Source of the DNA: Octopus vulgaris
Lineage: Eukaryota
Length of the DNA: 64,000 nt
Direction of reading: 5' to 3'
NCBI GenBank assembly: GCA_951406725.2
Contig: OX597825.1
Location: forward strand, 62,001-126,000
The stretch's first letter is position 1, and each line of letters starts with the position of its first letter. The translations under genes were made by a program, and so were the position numbers. The notes beneath the pieces were generated by a model. It was not told the DNA's origin, did no database searches, and worked only from the letters and a program-made list of their open reading frames with translations. Of this stretch, positions 46,023 to 59,600 are shown one piece after another.

Positions 46023-47950
46023 CATCATCATCATCGTTTAACGTCCATTTTCCGTGCTAGCACGGGTTGGACGGTTCGACCGGGGTCTGGGAAGCCAGGG
46101 GCTGCACCAGGCTCCAGTCTGATCTGGCAGTGTTTCTACAGCTGGATGCCCTTCCTAACGCCAACCACTCTGCGAGTGTAGTGGGTGCTTTTTACGTGCC
46201 ACCAGCACAGGTGCCAGGGGTGTCTGATATCAGCCACGATCGGTTGGTGCTTTTAACGTGCCACCGGTACGGAAGCCAGCCAAGGTGGCGCTGGCATTGG
46301 CCACGTTCGGATGGTGCTTTTTATGTGCCACCGGCACAGAAGCCAGTCGAGGTGGTGCTGGCATCGGTCACGTTCGGATGGTGCTTTTTATGTGCCACCG
46401 GCACAGAAGCCAGTCGAGGTGGCGCTGGCATCGGCCACGTTCGGATGGTGCTTTTTATGTGCCACCGGCACAGGTATCACAACTACTATTTCCATTGATA
46501 TTTGTTTCGATGTTCATGTACATGCACTTGACTCAACAGGTCTCCTCAAGCACAGCGAGATGTTCTGGGATCCAAGGTACTTTGAATGGGCAGGGGCTAT
46601 GCGGAACTGGTCCCGGACGCAGCCCGGGTCTTTGCAGTCACAGCACATCTCCAGAGATCTTGGTCCTTCGCCATTGCCTCAGTGAGGCCCAACGCTCTAA
46701 GGTCATGTTTGACTACCTCATCCCATGTCTTCCTGGGTCTACCTCTCCCCCTGATTCCTTCAACTGTTTGGGAGCGGCACTTCTTCACACATCTCTCCTC
46801 ATCCATCCGCAGTACATGACCATACCATCGCAAGCGTCGCTCTTGCACACCACATCTGATGCTTCTTATGTCCAGCATTTCTCTTAGGGTGCTTACACTC
46901 TGTCATGCATGCACACTGACATTACACATCCAGCGGATCATGCTAGCTTCATTTCTTTCAAGTCTACGCATGTCCTCTGCAGTCACGGCCCATGTTTCAC
47001 TACCGTGAAGCATGGCAGTTCGCACACATGCATCATACAATCTACCTTTCACTCTGAGTGAGAGACCCTTTGTCGCCAGTAGGGGTAGGAGCTTTCTAAA
47101 CTTTACCCAGGCTATTCGTATTCTAGTGGTAACACTCTCTGAGCATCCACCTCCACTACTAACTTGGTCACCCAGGTAGCAGAAACTATCAACTACTTCT
47201 AGTTTCTCCCCCTGGAGTGTGATGGAATCTGTTTTCTGAGTATTTGTGGTGTCTATTGTCCCTGTGCATCTGCCGCACATGAAAGCTATCTTATCAGTTA
47301 ATTTCCCTTTGATGTTGCTGCACCTCTTATACGTCCATAGCTTACACTGGGTGCATCTTATGGAGTTTCTACCTACACCTTTCCTACAGATCGAGCAGGG
47401 CCACCTGCCCGATGGGGTGTGTCTGAGTTCGCCTTTCTACTTACTATAACTTTGGTCTTTGCTACATTTACTCTAAGGCCCTTTGATTCTAACCCTTGTT
47501 TCCACACCCAAAATTTCTTTTCTAGTTCCGGTAGTGATTCTGCTATGAGAGCCAGGTCATCAGCATAGAGGAGCTCCCAGGGGCAACCTGTTTTGAATTC
47601 CTCCGTTATTGCCTGGAGGACTATGATGAATAAAAGGGGACTGAGGGCTGAGCCTTTGTGTACACCTACTTCTACCCGGAATTCTTCACTATATTCGTTG
47701 CCAATCCTAACCTTACTAACGGCCTCTCTGTATAGGGCCTGTACAGCCCTTATTAGCCATTCGTCAATCTCCAGTTTCCGCATCGACCACCAGATAAGGG
47801 ATCGGGGGACCCTGTCAAAGGCTTTCTCCAAGTCCACAAAAGCTATGTAGAGGGGTTTATCTTTAGCTAGGTACTTCTCCTGCAGTTGTCGGACCAGGAA
47901 TATAGCATCAGTGGTGCTTCTACCCGGCACAAAACCGAACTGCATCTCAT
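46023..47950 (-). mobile_element. RTE family 1 LINE 3' half (RT, C-terminus, full 3' UTR)
   Basis: ORFs 47373-47963, 46903-47280 and 46597-46878 (RRLRWYGHVLR..RGRGRPRKTW), then a 3' UTR with five tandem units and a (GAT)n tail. Confidence 0.9.
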
Positions 47951-47964
47951 ATATATATATCATG

Positions 47965-49021
47965 GGCTTTGCCTACAAAGGTCTTGCATAGGCTTGAAAG
48001 AAATGAAGCTAGCAAGCTCTGCTGGATGGGTAATGTCAGTGTGCACGCACAACAGAGTATAAATGATTTAAGAAGAAAACTGTATAAGAAGCATCAGATG
48101 TTGTGTGCAAGAGAGAAGACTGCACTGGTTTGGTCATCATCATCATTATCATCGTTTAAGGTCCGCTTTCCATGCTAGCATGGGTTGGACGAATGACTTG
48201 AGGGTTGGCGAACCAGATGGCTGCACCAGGCTCCAGTTTTGATTTGGCAGAGTTGGTATGGCTGGATGCCCTTCCTAATGCCAACCACTCTGAGAGTGTT
48301 GTGGGTGCTTTTACGTGCCAACGGTACGGGGGCCAGTCAGGCGGTACTGGCAATGACCTTGCTTGAATCTTTTACATATGCCACCGGCACAGGTGCCAGT
48401 AAGGTGTTGCTGGTAACAATCATGCTCGAATGGTGTTGTTTACGTGCCACCGGCACGGAGGCCAGATAGCCGCTCTGGCAACAATCACGCTCGGATGGTG
48501 CTCTTAATACCCTACTAGCATGGGGCTCGAGTGCCAGTATGGCGACGCTGGTAATGATCACGCTCGAATGTGATGCGTAATGATAAGGACAGCTGTGTAA
48601 AGAAGTGCTGAGCTCTAATTGAGGCGGGACCTGTAGAAGGGAAAGACCCAGGAAGATGTGTGGCACAAAGTGGTGATGATTCTTTATTATGATCATAAAA
48701 ATCGATACAAAGATAGGACACTATAGGACAAAACACAATTACACAAAAGTTATGTAGTTCGTATGGTATTTAAAAATTTAGAATAATAAATATAACATTA
48801 AAAGGCACCAACCGATCGTGGCCGTTGCCAGCCTTGCCTGGCACGTAAAAATCACCCACTTCACTCATGGAGTGGTTGGCATTAGGAAGGGCATCCAGCT
48901 GTAGAAACACTGCCAGATCAGACTGGAGCCTGGTGCAGCCTCCTGGCTTCCCAGACCCCAGTCGAACCGTCCAACCCATGCTAGCATGGAAAATGGGCGT
49001 TAAACGATGATGATGATGATG
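47965..49021. mobile_element. Nested RTE fragments (plus ORF relic, minus 3' end 48134-48572, plus 3' end 48800-49021)
   Basis: LERNEAS.LCWM and 3' signatures. Confidence 0.7.
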
Positions 49022-49079
49022 AAATATAACACTAGACTTTAAATTTATCCTTTTTTTTTTTTTAAATTATAAATAGAAC

Positions 49080-49960
49080 AGTACAGAGTTTTACCCAGCA
49101 GCCTGAAAGGCCCAGCAACTATTTTCTCCTTTCATTGATGATTAAGCTGGGTTACTCACACCCACCTTTCTCATCACATCCTTCCAACGTTTCACATACT
49201 CTTTCTGTGGCAGGTTCCTACTCTCCAACCCCATCTTGCTCTTCAGTTGATATCTGAAGTAGTTTAACAGACCAGGGCCAGAGAAAAAGGACCCTGTCGC
49301 AAAACTTTCCATTCTGGTTCTCCACACACACTCTTTCAGCACGGTCACCATACAGTAAAAACAAACCTCAACTTCCTTTGAGAGTCCAGTTGGTGGTATC
49401 ATCTTTATTTTAAGGCAGTGAGCTGGCAGACAGGTTAGCACGCTGGGCGAAATGCTTAGCGGTATTTCGTCTGCTGTTACATTCTGAGTTCAGATTCCGC
49501 CGAGGTCGACTTTGCCTTTCATCCTTTCGGGGTCGATAAATTAAGTACCAGATAAGCACTGGGGTCGATATAATCGGATTAATCTGCATGTCTGTCCTTG
49601 TTTGTCTCCTCTGTGTTTAGCCCCTTGTGGGTAGTAAAGAAATAGGTATTTCGTCTGCCGCTACGTTCTGAGTTCAAATTCCGCTGAAGTAGACTTTGCC
49701 TTTCATCCTTTCAGGATCGATTAAATAAGTACCAGTTACACACTGGGGTTGATGTAATCGACTTAGTCCGTTTGTCTGTCCTTGTTTGTCCTCTCTGTGT
49801 TTAGCCCCTTGTGGGTAGTAAAGAAATAGGTATCATCTTTATTATAGATCCAGCCAACAGCTCTACTCATCCCAGATGTGATAACACGTGTTCTGCGTAA
49901 CTTATCAAGCTTGACAGCTCCCGACAATGTACAAAAGCATGCTGAACGGTTTCATCGTCA
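49080..49960 (-). mobile_element. Tx1-like 3' relic interrupted by a SINE A dimer (49412-49828, plus strand)
   Basis: DETVQHAFVHC...IKMIPPTGLSKE..CFYC. SINE TSD ggtatcatctttatt at 49395-49409 and 49829-49843. Confidence 0.8.
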
Positions 49961-50097
49961 GAAAGGAAATGACAAGGGACTGGGAGATGCGGGGATTTGC
50001 TGTGCTTGGAAAGACACTTCAAGCTAAGTAAGATGGCTGCCTTCCATCCATACAGGTTTGTCTTGTCAGGTGCCGGTGCCACATAAAATGCACCCAT

Positions 50098-50736
50098 GCC
50101 GCTCTCCAGCTATCTATCTGCGGCTTTATATAACTATGGTATGACCTCACCTGGAATTTGCATCACCGGCCTGGAACCCCTATCTTGCACAGGATATTAA
50201 TCGTCTGGAAGCCATTCAGCGACGTGCAACCAAGAGAATACCCTCCATCAGGCATTTGCCATATTCTGATCGCCTTACTTCCCTGGGCATGGATACATTG
50301 AAACTCCATCGCCTAGCAGCTGACTTGGTAGACACCCATAAAATTATTAACCATCTTACAAACAATAACTCTGAGCACCTTTACAAACTCCACCTGTCTA
50401 ACACCCGCGGACATGTTTACAAAGTCAGAAAACAGCACAGCTCCCATGACTTTCGGAAACATTTTTTTACGCTAAGAGTTGCTGAAGCACGGAACAAACT
50501 GCCGGCATCAGTTGTTATTTGTCGGAGCACTGCATCCTTCAAAACTTCCATGCTTCCTGAGATTCGCCAACACTACACCTGATTTTCTCCCCTCTATACA
50601 CACGCAAGCATGTATCTGACTCATACACTGTTCGCTTTCTAGATATTTGTACATTACTGCATATTCTTTATACGCACTTTTGACAAGTTGTGGTGCACCT
50701 GAGCACTGTATACAATAAAATTTCATTATTATTATT
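50098..50736 (+). mobile_element. CR1-group 3' fragment
   Basis: ORF 50256-50582 and an (ATT)n tail. Confidence 0.85.
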
Positions 50737-51106
50737 AAATACATCTGTGCCAGTGACATTTAAGATGCTACATCGAGTGGTGAGGTTTTATCCTTGGAAA
50801 TCAGGAGTTTTGGTGAGTATGGAATCACTTATTTATCACCACTACTCCTAGATATCTTCGAGCTTGGAATGGTAGGACCCGTTAAGGCCCCCAGCTATGG
50901 ATCAAATAGCAGAAAGTGACTCTGTGGCTTAGACATACAGGACTCAGGTGTTCTGATCCCTAAATGTGATCACACTGGCTCACCAGTGTGTGGACATGCC
51001 CTGTTGTCACGTAAACCAATTCTACTGCCTAAGATTTAAATAGACCCCACTGCATCTTCCAGTTAAATAGTCCCCCTTCATCTCATCTCATAGTCTGAAA
51101 GAGACC

Positions 51107-51645
51107 ATCATCATCATAATCATCATCGTTTAACGTCCGTTTTCCATGCTAGCATGTGTTGGATGAGTGACTAAGGACTGGTGAACTAGACGGCTGCACC
51201 AGGCTCCAATCTTGATCTGGCAGAGTTTCTACAGCTGGATGCACTTCCTAACGTCAACCACTCCGAGAGTGTAGTGGGTGCTTTTTACGTGCCAGTCAGG
51301 CGGTACTGGCAATGACCTCGCTCGAATCTTTTTACACATGCCTCCGGCACAGGTGCCAGTAAGGCAACATTGGTAACGATCACGCTCTAATGGTGCCCTT
51401 TTACATGCTACCGGCACGGAAGCCAGTTGGCTGCTCTGGCAATGATCACACTCGGATGGTGCTCTAGGCACCCTACTAGCACAGGCACAAGTGCCAGTAA
51501 GGCGACGCTGGTAACAATCACACTCGAATGGTGCCCTTTTATGTGCCACTGGCACGTAAGCCGCTTAGCCATTCTGTCAAACGATCACACTCGTACGGTG
51601 CTCTTGGCACCCTACTAGCATGGATGCCAGTTATCGAATTTCATT
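51107..51645 (-). mobile_element. RTE family 1 3' end (subtype B)
   Basis: Signature sequence. Confidence 0.75.
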
Positions 51646-52031
51646 TTGATGTCTCTGCACATTTTCTTCACATCCTCATACAACTTCAAAAGGTCTCCCT
51701 TCATTTCTTTCTCAACCTTTTACTTCTCAGACCTCAAGTTCACCAGCAGGTATTGCTTCATCAACAACTTCCCTTTTAACTATTTTGCCTCCTTTTTGCC
51801 ACTAATGGTCTTAGTCCGAAATTCTTCCAGGCAACAAGTGTAACACTTTCCTGCACTCCAATATTCTCTAATCCAAGCCTTTCAGACACAATCCAGTCCT
51901 TATATCTTCACTTTCTTTACATATCTTCTTCCAGTTTGTATATCTCACTTGCTGTTTGTATATCTATACTTTCAGCACTTATATATCTACTTCCAATTCT
52001 TATATTTCTTATATCTCTACTTTCAGTCCTT

Positions 52032-52145
52032 ATGCCTCGCTATTATGAAGCTGAAGAAGAAAGTTCTAGTATCTGGAAACCTGCATGTTCTGGCTTGCGT
52101 GTGGAGTTGCAGGAATGTCTAGCTGAAAGTGATTGTTACAAAAAG
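52032..52145 (+). CDS. COA5: Cytochrome c oxidase assembly factor 5, coding exon 1
   Basis: MPRYYEAEEESSSIWKPACSGLRVELQECLAESDCYKK then AAG|GTGGTA. The acceptor ttttcag 5 nt before the ATG suggests an upstream non-coding exon. Confidence 0.9.
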
Positions 52146-52335
52146 GTGGTAATTTTTTCCATTACAAAAGAATGTTTGTGATTTGCACAGTTTCTTTACA
52201 ATATAAAATATATTAATTTGGCTCTTGTTACCTAAAACAGCTGCATCCCTCTAGAAATACTTCAGTGACTTATAATTTACAAGGGAAACAATTTCTTTGT
52301 CAGATAATTTACAGTAAATATTTCTGAAGATTCTG

Positions 52336-54765
52336 TCGTGTCTGGGGAGAGTCATTTTATTTTTGTGCCTTATTATGTAACACACTCACCGGTAAATTTT
52401 CCACTTTTTTCTTATTTTTATTTTCCTAAAATTTTCGTTGCGTCTTGCAACCTTTTCAGTAGTTTTGACTCTAACTATTGAAAAGTTTGCAAGACACAAC
52501 GAAAATTAAGGGTATGAAGACAGGGAAAGCCCCCGGTCCATCAGGAATCACTGCAGAGATACTTAAAATATCTGGTGGTGTAGGCTATAGTTTAGTCACC
52601 CATATAGTCAATCAGATAATAAATGGAGTCATACACAATGACTGGTATAGCAGCACCAATCTTCAACTACTACGAAGGTGAAGGTGACACATTAGATACG
52701 AATAATTACAGAGGTATCGAGTTGTTGGATCAGGTAATGAAAGTCATGGAGAGGGCCATAGCCCAACTAATTAGGGAGTGAGTCAGTCTAGATGAGATGC
52801 AGTTTGGGTTTGTGCCAGGGAAAAGCACCACTGATGCTATATTTCTGGTAAGACAGCTGCAGGAGAAATACCTAACCAAAGATAAACCTCTGTACTTCAC
52901 TTTTGTTGACATGGAGAAAGCCTTTGATCCCTTATCTGGTGGTGAATGCGGAAACTAGGGATAGATGAGTGGTTAGTAAGAGTTGTAAAAGCCATGTACA
53001 AGGATGCTGTCAGTAAGGTGAGGGTTGGCTACGAGTACAGTGAAGAATTCCAGGTAGGGGTAGGGGTCTATCAAGGATCAGTCCTCATCCCTGTCTTATT
53101 CATCATAGTCCTCCGGGCAATAACAGAAGAATTTAAGACAGGTTGCCCCTCGGAGCTCCTCTATGCTGATGACCTTGCTCTAATAACTGAATCACTATCA
53201 GAACTACAGGAGAAGTTTCAGGTGTGTAAGCAAGGTCTAGAATCGAAAGGCCTTAGAGTCAGTCTAGGAAAAAGCCTTAGTAAGTAGGAAGGCTGACAAA
53301 TCACAAATCCCTTCAGATAGATGGCCCTGCTTGATCTGTAGAAAAGGTGTAGGTAGAAACTCCATATGATATACCCAGGGTAAACTATGGGCACATAAGA
53401 GGTGCAGCAATATCAAAGGAAGCTTAAGGTGCCAAGCTGGCAGAAACGTTAGCACGCCAGACGAAATGCTTAGCAGTATTTCATCTGTCTTTATGTTCTG
53501 AGTTCAAATTCCGCCGAGGTCAACTTTGCCTTTCATCCTTTCGGGGTCGATAAATTATGTACCAGTTGCGTACTGGGTTTGATCTAATCGACTGGTCCCC
53601 TCTCCCAAAATTTCAGGCCTTGTGTCTAGAGTTGAAAAGAAAATCAAAGCAAGGTTAACTGGGAGGACAGTTTTTGTGTGTGGCAAATGCTCAAGGGCAA
53701 GAAACACTGAAAATGTGCAGGAAACAGCTTCTGTCACATCCCAGGGGGAAAAACTAGAAGTAGTTGATAGCTTCTGTTACCTAAGTGATCAAGTCAGTAG
53801 CGGGGGTGGATGCTCTGAAAGTGTAGCTGCTAGAATAAGAATAACCTGGGCGAAGTTCAAAGAGCTCCTACCTCTGCTGGTGACAAAGGGCCTCTCACTC
53901 AGAGTAAAAGGTAGATTGTATGACACGTGTGCTAACAGCCATGCTACATGGCAGTGAAACATGGGCTGTGCCTGCTGAGGACATGTGTAAGCTTGCAAGG
54001 AATGAAGCCAGTATGCTTCTTTGGATGTGTTGCCAGTGTGCATACACGACAGAGTCTAAGTGCCCTGAGAGAAAAGTTGGACTTAAGAAGCATCAGATGT
54101 GGTATGCAAGAGACGACTATGCTGGTGTGGTCATGTGTTACGAATGGATGGGTACAGCTGTGCTAAAAAGTCTCACACCCTATGCATAGGGGCAATAAAC
54201 ACCGAAAATGTGCAGAAAACAGCTTCCATCACATGTCAACGAGAAAACTAGAATTAGTTGATAGCTTCTGTTACCTAGGTGATCAAGTCAGTAGTGGGTG
54301 TGGATGCTCTGAGAGCATTCCTGCCAGAATACAAATAGCCTGGGCGAAGTTCAGAGAGCTCCTAACTCTGCTGGTAACAAAAGTACATCGCATGTATTTG
54401 TAGGTAGTATTTATCAACATCATCATCATCATCGTTTAACGTCCACTTTCCATGCTAGCATGGGTTGAACGATTTTGACTGAGGCCCGGCGAACCAGACC
54501 AGGCTCCAATCTTGATCTGGCAGAGTTTCTACAGCTTGATGCCCTTCCTAACGCCAACCACTCCGAAAGTGTAGTGGGTGCTTTTTACATGCCACCAGCA
54601 TGGGGCCAGTCAGGCGATACTGGCAATGAACACACTCAAATCTTTTACACATGCCACCGGCACAAGTGCTAGTAAGGCAACATTGGTAACGATCACGCTC
54701 GAATGGTGCCCTTTTACATGCCATGGCAGGGGGCCTGTCAGGCGGTACTGGCAATGACCTTGTGT
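52336..54765 (+). mobile_element. TE stack in COA5 intron: MITE fragment (52336-52507), RTE RT relic (52508-54385) with a SINE A (53428-53640), minus RTE 3' end (54418-54762)
   Basis: MKTGKAPGPSGITAE, YADD and family signatures. Confidence 0.8.
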
Positions 54766-55063
54766 CAAAAAAGAAGTGGGGTGGCGATCCCTGCTGTACT
54801 CTTTTGCCGCAACTTTCTCTCATTCTTTCTTCTGTTGGCCTGCCTGCTTAGCCAGTGGGGTGGCGTCATTTGAAGGCTAAAACAATGTGAAGCGCATTGT
54901 GACCAGCGATGTGTAGCAATATCTGATAGCCTGGTCGGTCACGGTGATATATATACACACATGACTTTGCTTTATTTAATGTATTTCCAAACTATGTATT
55001 AATGCTATTTTCATATTCATTACCATTATTTTAATTCCATTTTTTTCCTGTTCTTTTCTTTAG

Positions 55064-55210
55064 GATGGCCACACAATTAGAGAATGTGTAGCCCTTGGAA
55101 ATCATCCATCTATCCCTAATGAGTGTAATGTTTTGAGGAATTCTTTTTTTGAGTGCAAGAGATCTTTACTAGACATGCGAACACGGTTCCGGGGCCGGAA
55201 GGGTTATTAA
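55064..55210 (+). CDS. COA5: COA5 coding exon 2
   Basis: Acceptor ttcttttctttag, then DGHTIRECVALGNHPSIPNECNVLRNSFFECKRSLLDMRTRFRGRKGY*. FFECKRS.LD.R.RFRGRKGY is the conserved COA5/Pet191 C-terminus. AATAAA at 55238. Confidence 0.95.
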   Translation, partial: DGHTIRECVALGNHPSIPNECNVLRNSFFECKRSLLDMRTRFRGRKGY

Positions 55211-55313
55211 CATATGTTATATTAATTATGTAATTTAAATAAATGTTTAATATTTTAATACTTCATGGTATTTATTGTTTTATTTTTTTATATACTTCAC
55301 AGTCTTCAAATGA

Positions 55314-55438
55314 ATTGATTAAATTAAAGTTACACACCAAGTATTTGTTGTTCTCTGATATCTACAAATCTATCTTAGGGTGATTTGTAGATATCAGAGA
55401 ACAACAGATACTTGGTGTGTAACTTTAATTTAATCAAT
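55314..55438. repeat. Near-perfect inverted repeat (57-bp arms, 11-nt loop)
   Basis: 55314-55370 versus 55382-55438, one mismatch (a G-U pair on the plus transcript). Confidence 0.9.
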
Positions 55439-55579
55439 CAATTACCACTGATCGTCCTCATTATTATCATTATTTAACATCTGTTTTCCATGCTTTTGTG
55501 GGTGGTTGGATGGTTTGGCAAGCTATGGCAAGCCAGAGGACTGTACCAAACTCTATATACTGGATGCTTTTTACTTTGT

Positions 55580-56662
55580 ACCAGCACTCTTCGCCCTATG
55601 AGATGACATCTGGTGTACCACAGGGATCTGTTCTTGGCCCCCTTTTATTTGTTGCATATGTTAATGACATAGATGCCAACTTAAAGAATGCCACAGTGCT
55701 GAAATATGCAGATGACATCAAGCTGTACCTCGAAATAAAGAGGTCAAATCCTGTACACTATAGATCCCTATTGCAAGCAGACCTGGAGACAATGCAGCAG
55801 TGGATCATGGACTGGCAACTCAAGCTGGCTGTGGGCAAATGTACCACCATGCGTTTTGGGAGGAACCCAGCGTCCACCTACTCCCTCCACAACACTAGTC
55901 TCAAAAAGTCTTCATGTGAACGTGATCTGGGTGTTATTGTCGACAGTGATTTGCGTTGGACAAAACACATCACTAAAATTGTCAAGAAGGCTGAGGGTTT
56001 CTTGGCATAACTCACCAAATCCTTTGTGAGCCGCTCTCCGGCTATCTATCTGCGGCTTTATATAGCTATGGTAAGACCTCACCTGGAATTTGCATCACCG
56101 GTCTGGAACCCCTATCTTGCCCAGGATATCAATCGTCTGGAAGCCGTTCAGCGATGTGCAACCAAAAGAATACCCTCCATCAGGCATTTGCCATATCCTG
56201 AACGCCTTACTTCCCTGGGCATGGACACATTGAAACTCCGACGTCTGGCAGCTGACTTGGCAGACACCCATAAAATTATTAACCATCTTACAAACAATAA
56301 CTCTGAGCACCTTTTCAAACTCCACCCATCTAACCCGTGGACATATTTACAAAGTCAGAAGACAGCACAGCTCCCATGACTTTCGGAAACATTTTTTTAC
56401 GCTGAGAGTTGCTGAAGCATGGAACAAACTGCCGGCATCAGTTGTTAGTTGTCGGAGCACTGCATCCTTCAAAACTTCCATGCTTCCTGAGATTCGCCAA
56501 CACTACACCTGATTTTCTCCCCTCCATACACACACAAGCATGTATCTGACTCATACATTGTTCGCTTTCCAAACATTTTTACACATTACTGCATATACTT
56601 TATATGCACTTTCTGGCAAGTTGTGGTGCACCTGAGCACTGTATACAAAAATTTCATTATTA
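55580..56662 (+). mobile_element. CR1-group 3' fragment
   Basis: GVPQGSVLGP, YADD and VRPHLEF. Confidence 0.85.
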
Positions 56663-59600
56663 TATCAGTGAAATAACCAAAATATATTTATTGAAAAATA
56701 CAAACCTCACATGACTATAAACACATAAACAAATTTGTTTTTTGTAAACATTTTAATTCATGAATGCACTGTATATATTTCACTACTTTAACTCATGAGT
56801 TTATATATATTTATTCTCCCCAAAAGGCCATACCCTACAAGATAAGTGTAGTTACTTCCCCTGTCTCAAATCTAGATGTTTTCGATCTAATTTCGATCTT
56901 TTGCTATCAAATTTGAATTAAGAGTTAAACTACATCAGCCGTAAGGGAATACATGTCTATCTTATCTAACTCGTCCAGTAGAGCCCACCAATTGATATCT
57001 GAAAAGTTCGATGAAATAACTCATGAACACTGCCATAGCTTCTACCAAAAGATGTTCTTTTACGACGACCAGTCTGAACAAGGGGAGATAATAGAAAAAA
57101 AAACAATCATTTGTTTATTATCTCCCTTTGTTCAGACTGGTCGACGGCGTAAATATGTTGAAGCATCTTTTGGTAGAAGCTATCGCAGTGTTCACGAGTT
57201 ATTTCATCGAACTTTTCAGATATCAATTGGTGGGCTCTACTGGACGAGTTAGATAAGATAGACATGTATTCCCTTACGGGTGATGTAGTTTAACTCTTTT
57301 TTTTTTCAAGGCTTGAGCACCAATTGAAAAATTCAAATTTGATTGCAAAGAATCCAAACTAGATCGAAAACATATATATATATATACCGTGAGTGCAGTA
57401 GGTGTTTTTTACGTACCACTGGCACAGGGGTCAGAGGAGACTGTCAAACGGCTACGATCGGTTGGTGCTTTTACGTGTCACTGACACGGACGCCAATCAG
57501 GCGGCGCTGGCATCTGACACGTTCGGACGGTGCCTTTTACGTGTCACCGGCACAGGTGTCTTAACTACAATTTCCATTTGATTTTTATTTTGATGCTGGT
57601 GCTTGCGTATTTGACTCAATAGGTCCCCTCGAGAACAGCGGGTCACTCTACGATCCAAGGTTAGCACAGCAGGCCGTCCTGGGAGCCATGAACTCACTTC
57701 ATTTGTCGGGTCTTCACAGTCACAGCATATCTCAGGGGTCTCGGTCTTGATCATTTTCTCTGTGAGGCCCTACGTGCTACCGGCACGGGTATCACAACTA
57801 CAATATCCATACGACTTTTATTTTGATGTTGATGAACTTGACACAATAGGTCTCCTCAAGTGCAGCAGGCCGTCCTGCAAGCCATGAACTCGCTTCATTT
57901 GTCGAATAATAATCTTTGCAGCCTTTAAGTACAAGGCTGTTGTTTCGGGGAATGAGTATGATGAGTTATATCAAGCCCAGTACTTGACTGGTACTTTTAA
58001 TTTATCAATCTCAGTACTTGATAGGTCCTTATTTTACCAACCACAGATGAATGAAAGGTGGAGGTTAACTTTACTGGGAATTGAACACAATATATGTCAC
58101 TTAATCAAAACAAATGTACCACCATGCCTTTTGGGAGGAAAAACCCAGCGTCTGCTTACTCCCTCCACAACACTAATCCCCAAAAGTCTTCTTGTGAACG
58201 TGACCTGGGCATTATTGTTGACAGCGATTTGCGTTGGACAAGACACATTGCTAAAATCGCCAAGAAGGCTGAGGATGTCTTGGCATCACCCACCAAGTCC
58301 TTTGTAAGCCGCTCTCCGACTATCTATCTGCGGCTTTATATAGCTATGGTAAGACCTCACCTGGAATTTGCATCACCGGTCTGGAACCCCTATCTTGCCC
58401 AGGATATTAATCGTCTGGAAGCCGTTCAGCGACGTGCAATTAAGAGAATACCCTCCATCAGGCATTTGCCATATTCTGAACGCCTTACTTCCCTGGGCAT
58501 GGATACATTGAAACTCCGACGCCTGGCAGCTGACTTAGTAGACACCCATAAAATTATTAACCATCTTACAAACAATAACTCTGAGCACCTTTTCAAACTC
58601 CACCCATCTAACCCGTGGACATATTTACAAAGTCAGAAGACAGCACAGCTCCCATGACTTTCGGAAACATTTTTTACGCTGAGAGTTGCTGAAGCATGGA
58701 ACAAACTGCCGGCATCAGTTGTTAGTTGTCGGAGCACTGCATCCTTCAAAACTTCCATGCTTCCTGAGATTCGCCAACACTACACCTGATTTTCTCCCCT
58801 CCATACACACACAAGCATGTATCTGACTCATACATTGTTCGCTTTCCAAACATTTTTACACATTACTGCATATACTTTATATGCACTTTCTGGCAAGTTG
58901 TGGTGCACCTGAGCACTGTATACAAAAATTTCATTATTATATCAGTGAAATAACCAAAATATATTTATTGAAAAATACAAACCTCACATGACTATAAACA
59001 CATAAACAAATTTGTTTTTTGTAAACATTTTAATTCATGAATGCACTGTATATATTTCACTACTTTAACTCATGAGTTTATATATATTTATTCTCCCCAA
59101 AAGGCCATACCCTACAAGATAAGTGTAGTTACTTCCCCTGTCTCAAATCTAGATGTTTTCGATCTAATTTCGATCTTTTGCTATCAAATTTGAATTAAGA
59201 GTTAAACTACATCAGCCGTAAGGGAATACATGTCTATCTTATCTAACTCGTCCAGTAGAGCCCACCAATTGATATCTGAAAAGTTCGATGAAATAACTCA
59301 TGAACACTGCCATAGCTTCTACCAAAAGATGTTCTTTTACGACGACCAGTCTGAACAAGGGGAGATAATAGAAAAAAAAACAATCATTTGTTTATTATCT
59401 CCCTTTGTTCAGACTGGTCGACGGCGTAAATATGTTGAAGCATCTTTTGGTAGAAGCTATCGCAGTGTTCACGAGTTATTTCATCGAACTTTTCAGATAT
59501 CAATTGGTGGGCTCTACTGGACGAGTTAGATAAGATAGACATGTATTCCCTTACGGGTGATGTAGTTTAACTCTTTTTTTTTCAAGGCTTGAGCACCAAT

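Noticed and set aside
46184-46475. CRISPR-like repeat-spacer array (palindromic repeat of about 25 bp, spacers of about 40 bp)
   Set aside because: The spacers are related to one another, the array is the 3' UTR of an RTE LINE in a eukaryotic locus, and there are no cas genes.
51936-52031. Hydrophobic N-terminal extension of COA5 in the ORF track
   Set aside because: It starts at a non-ATG codon and reads through the intron polypyrimidine tract. Homology begins at MPRYY (52032).
56953-57252. Duplicated 99-aa gene (also 59230)
   Set aside because: It lies within the palindromic MITE and is identical only because of the tandem duplication.
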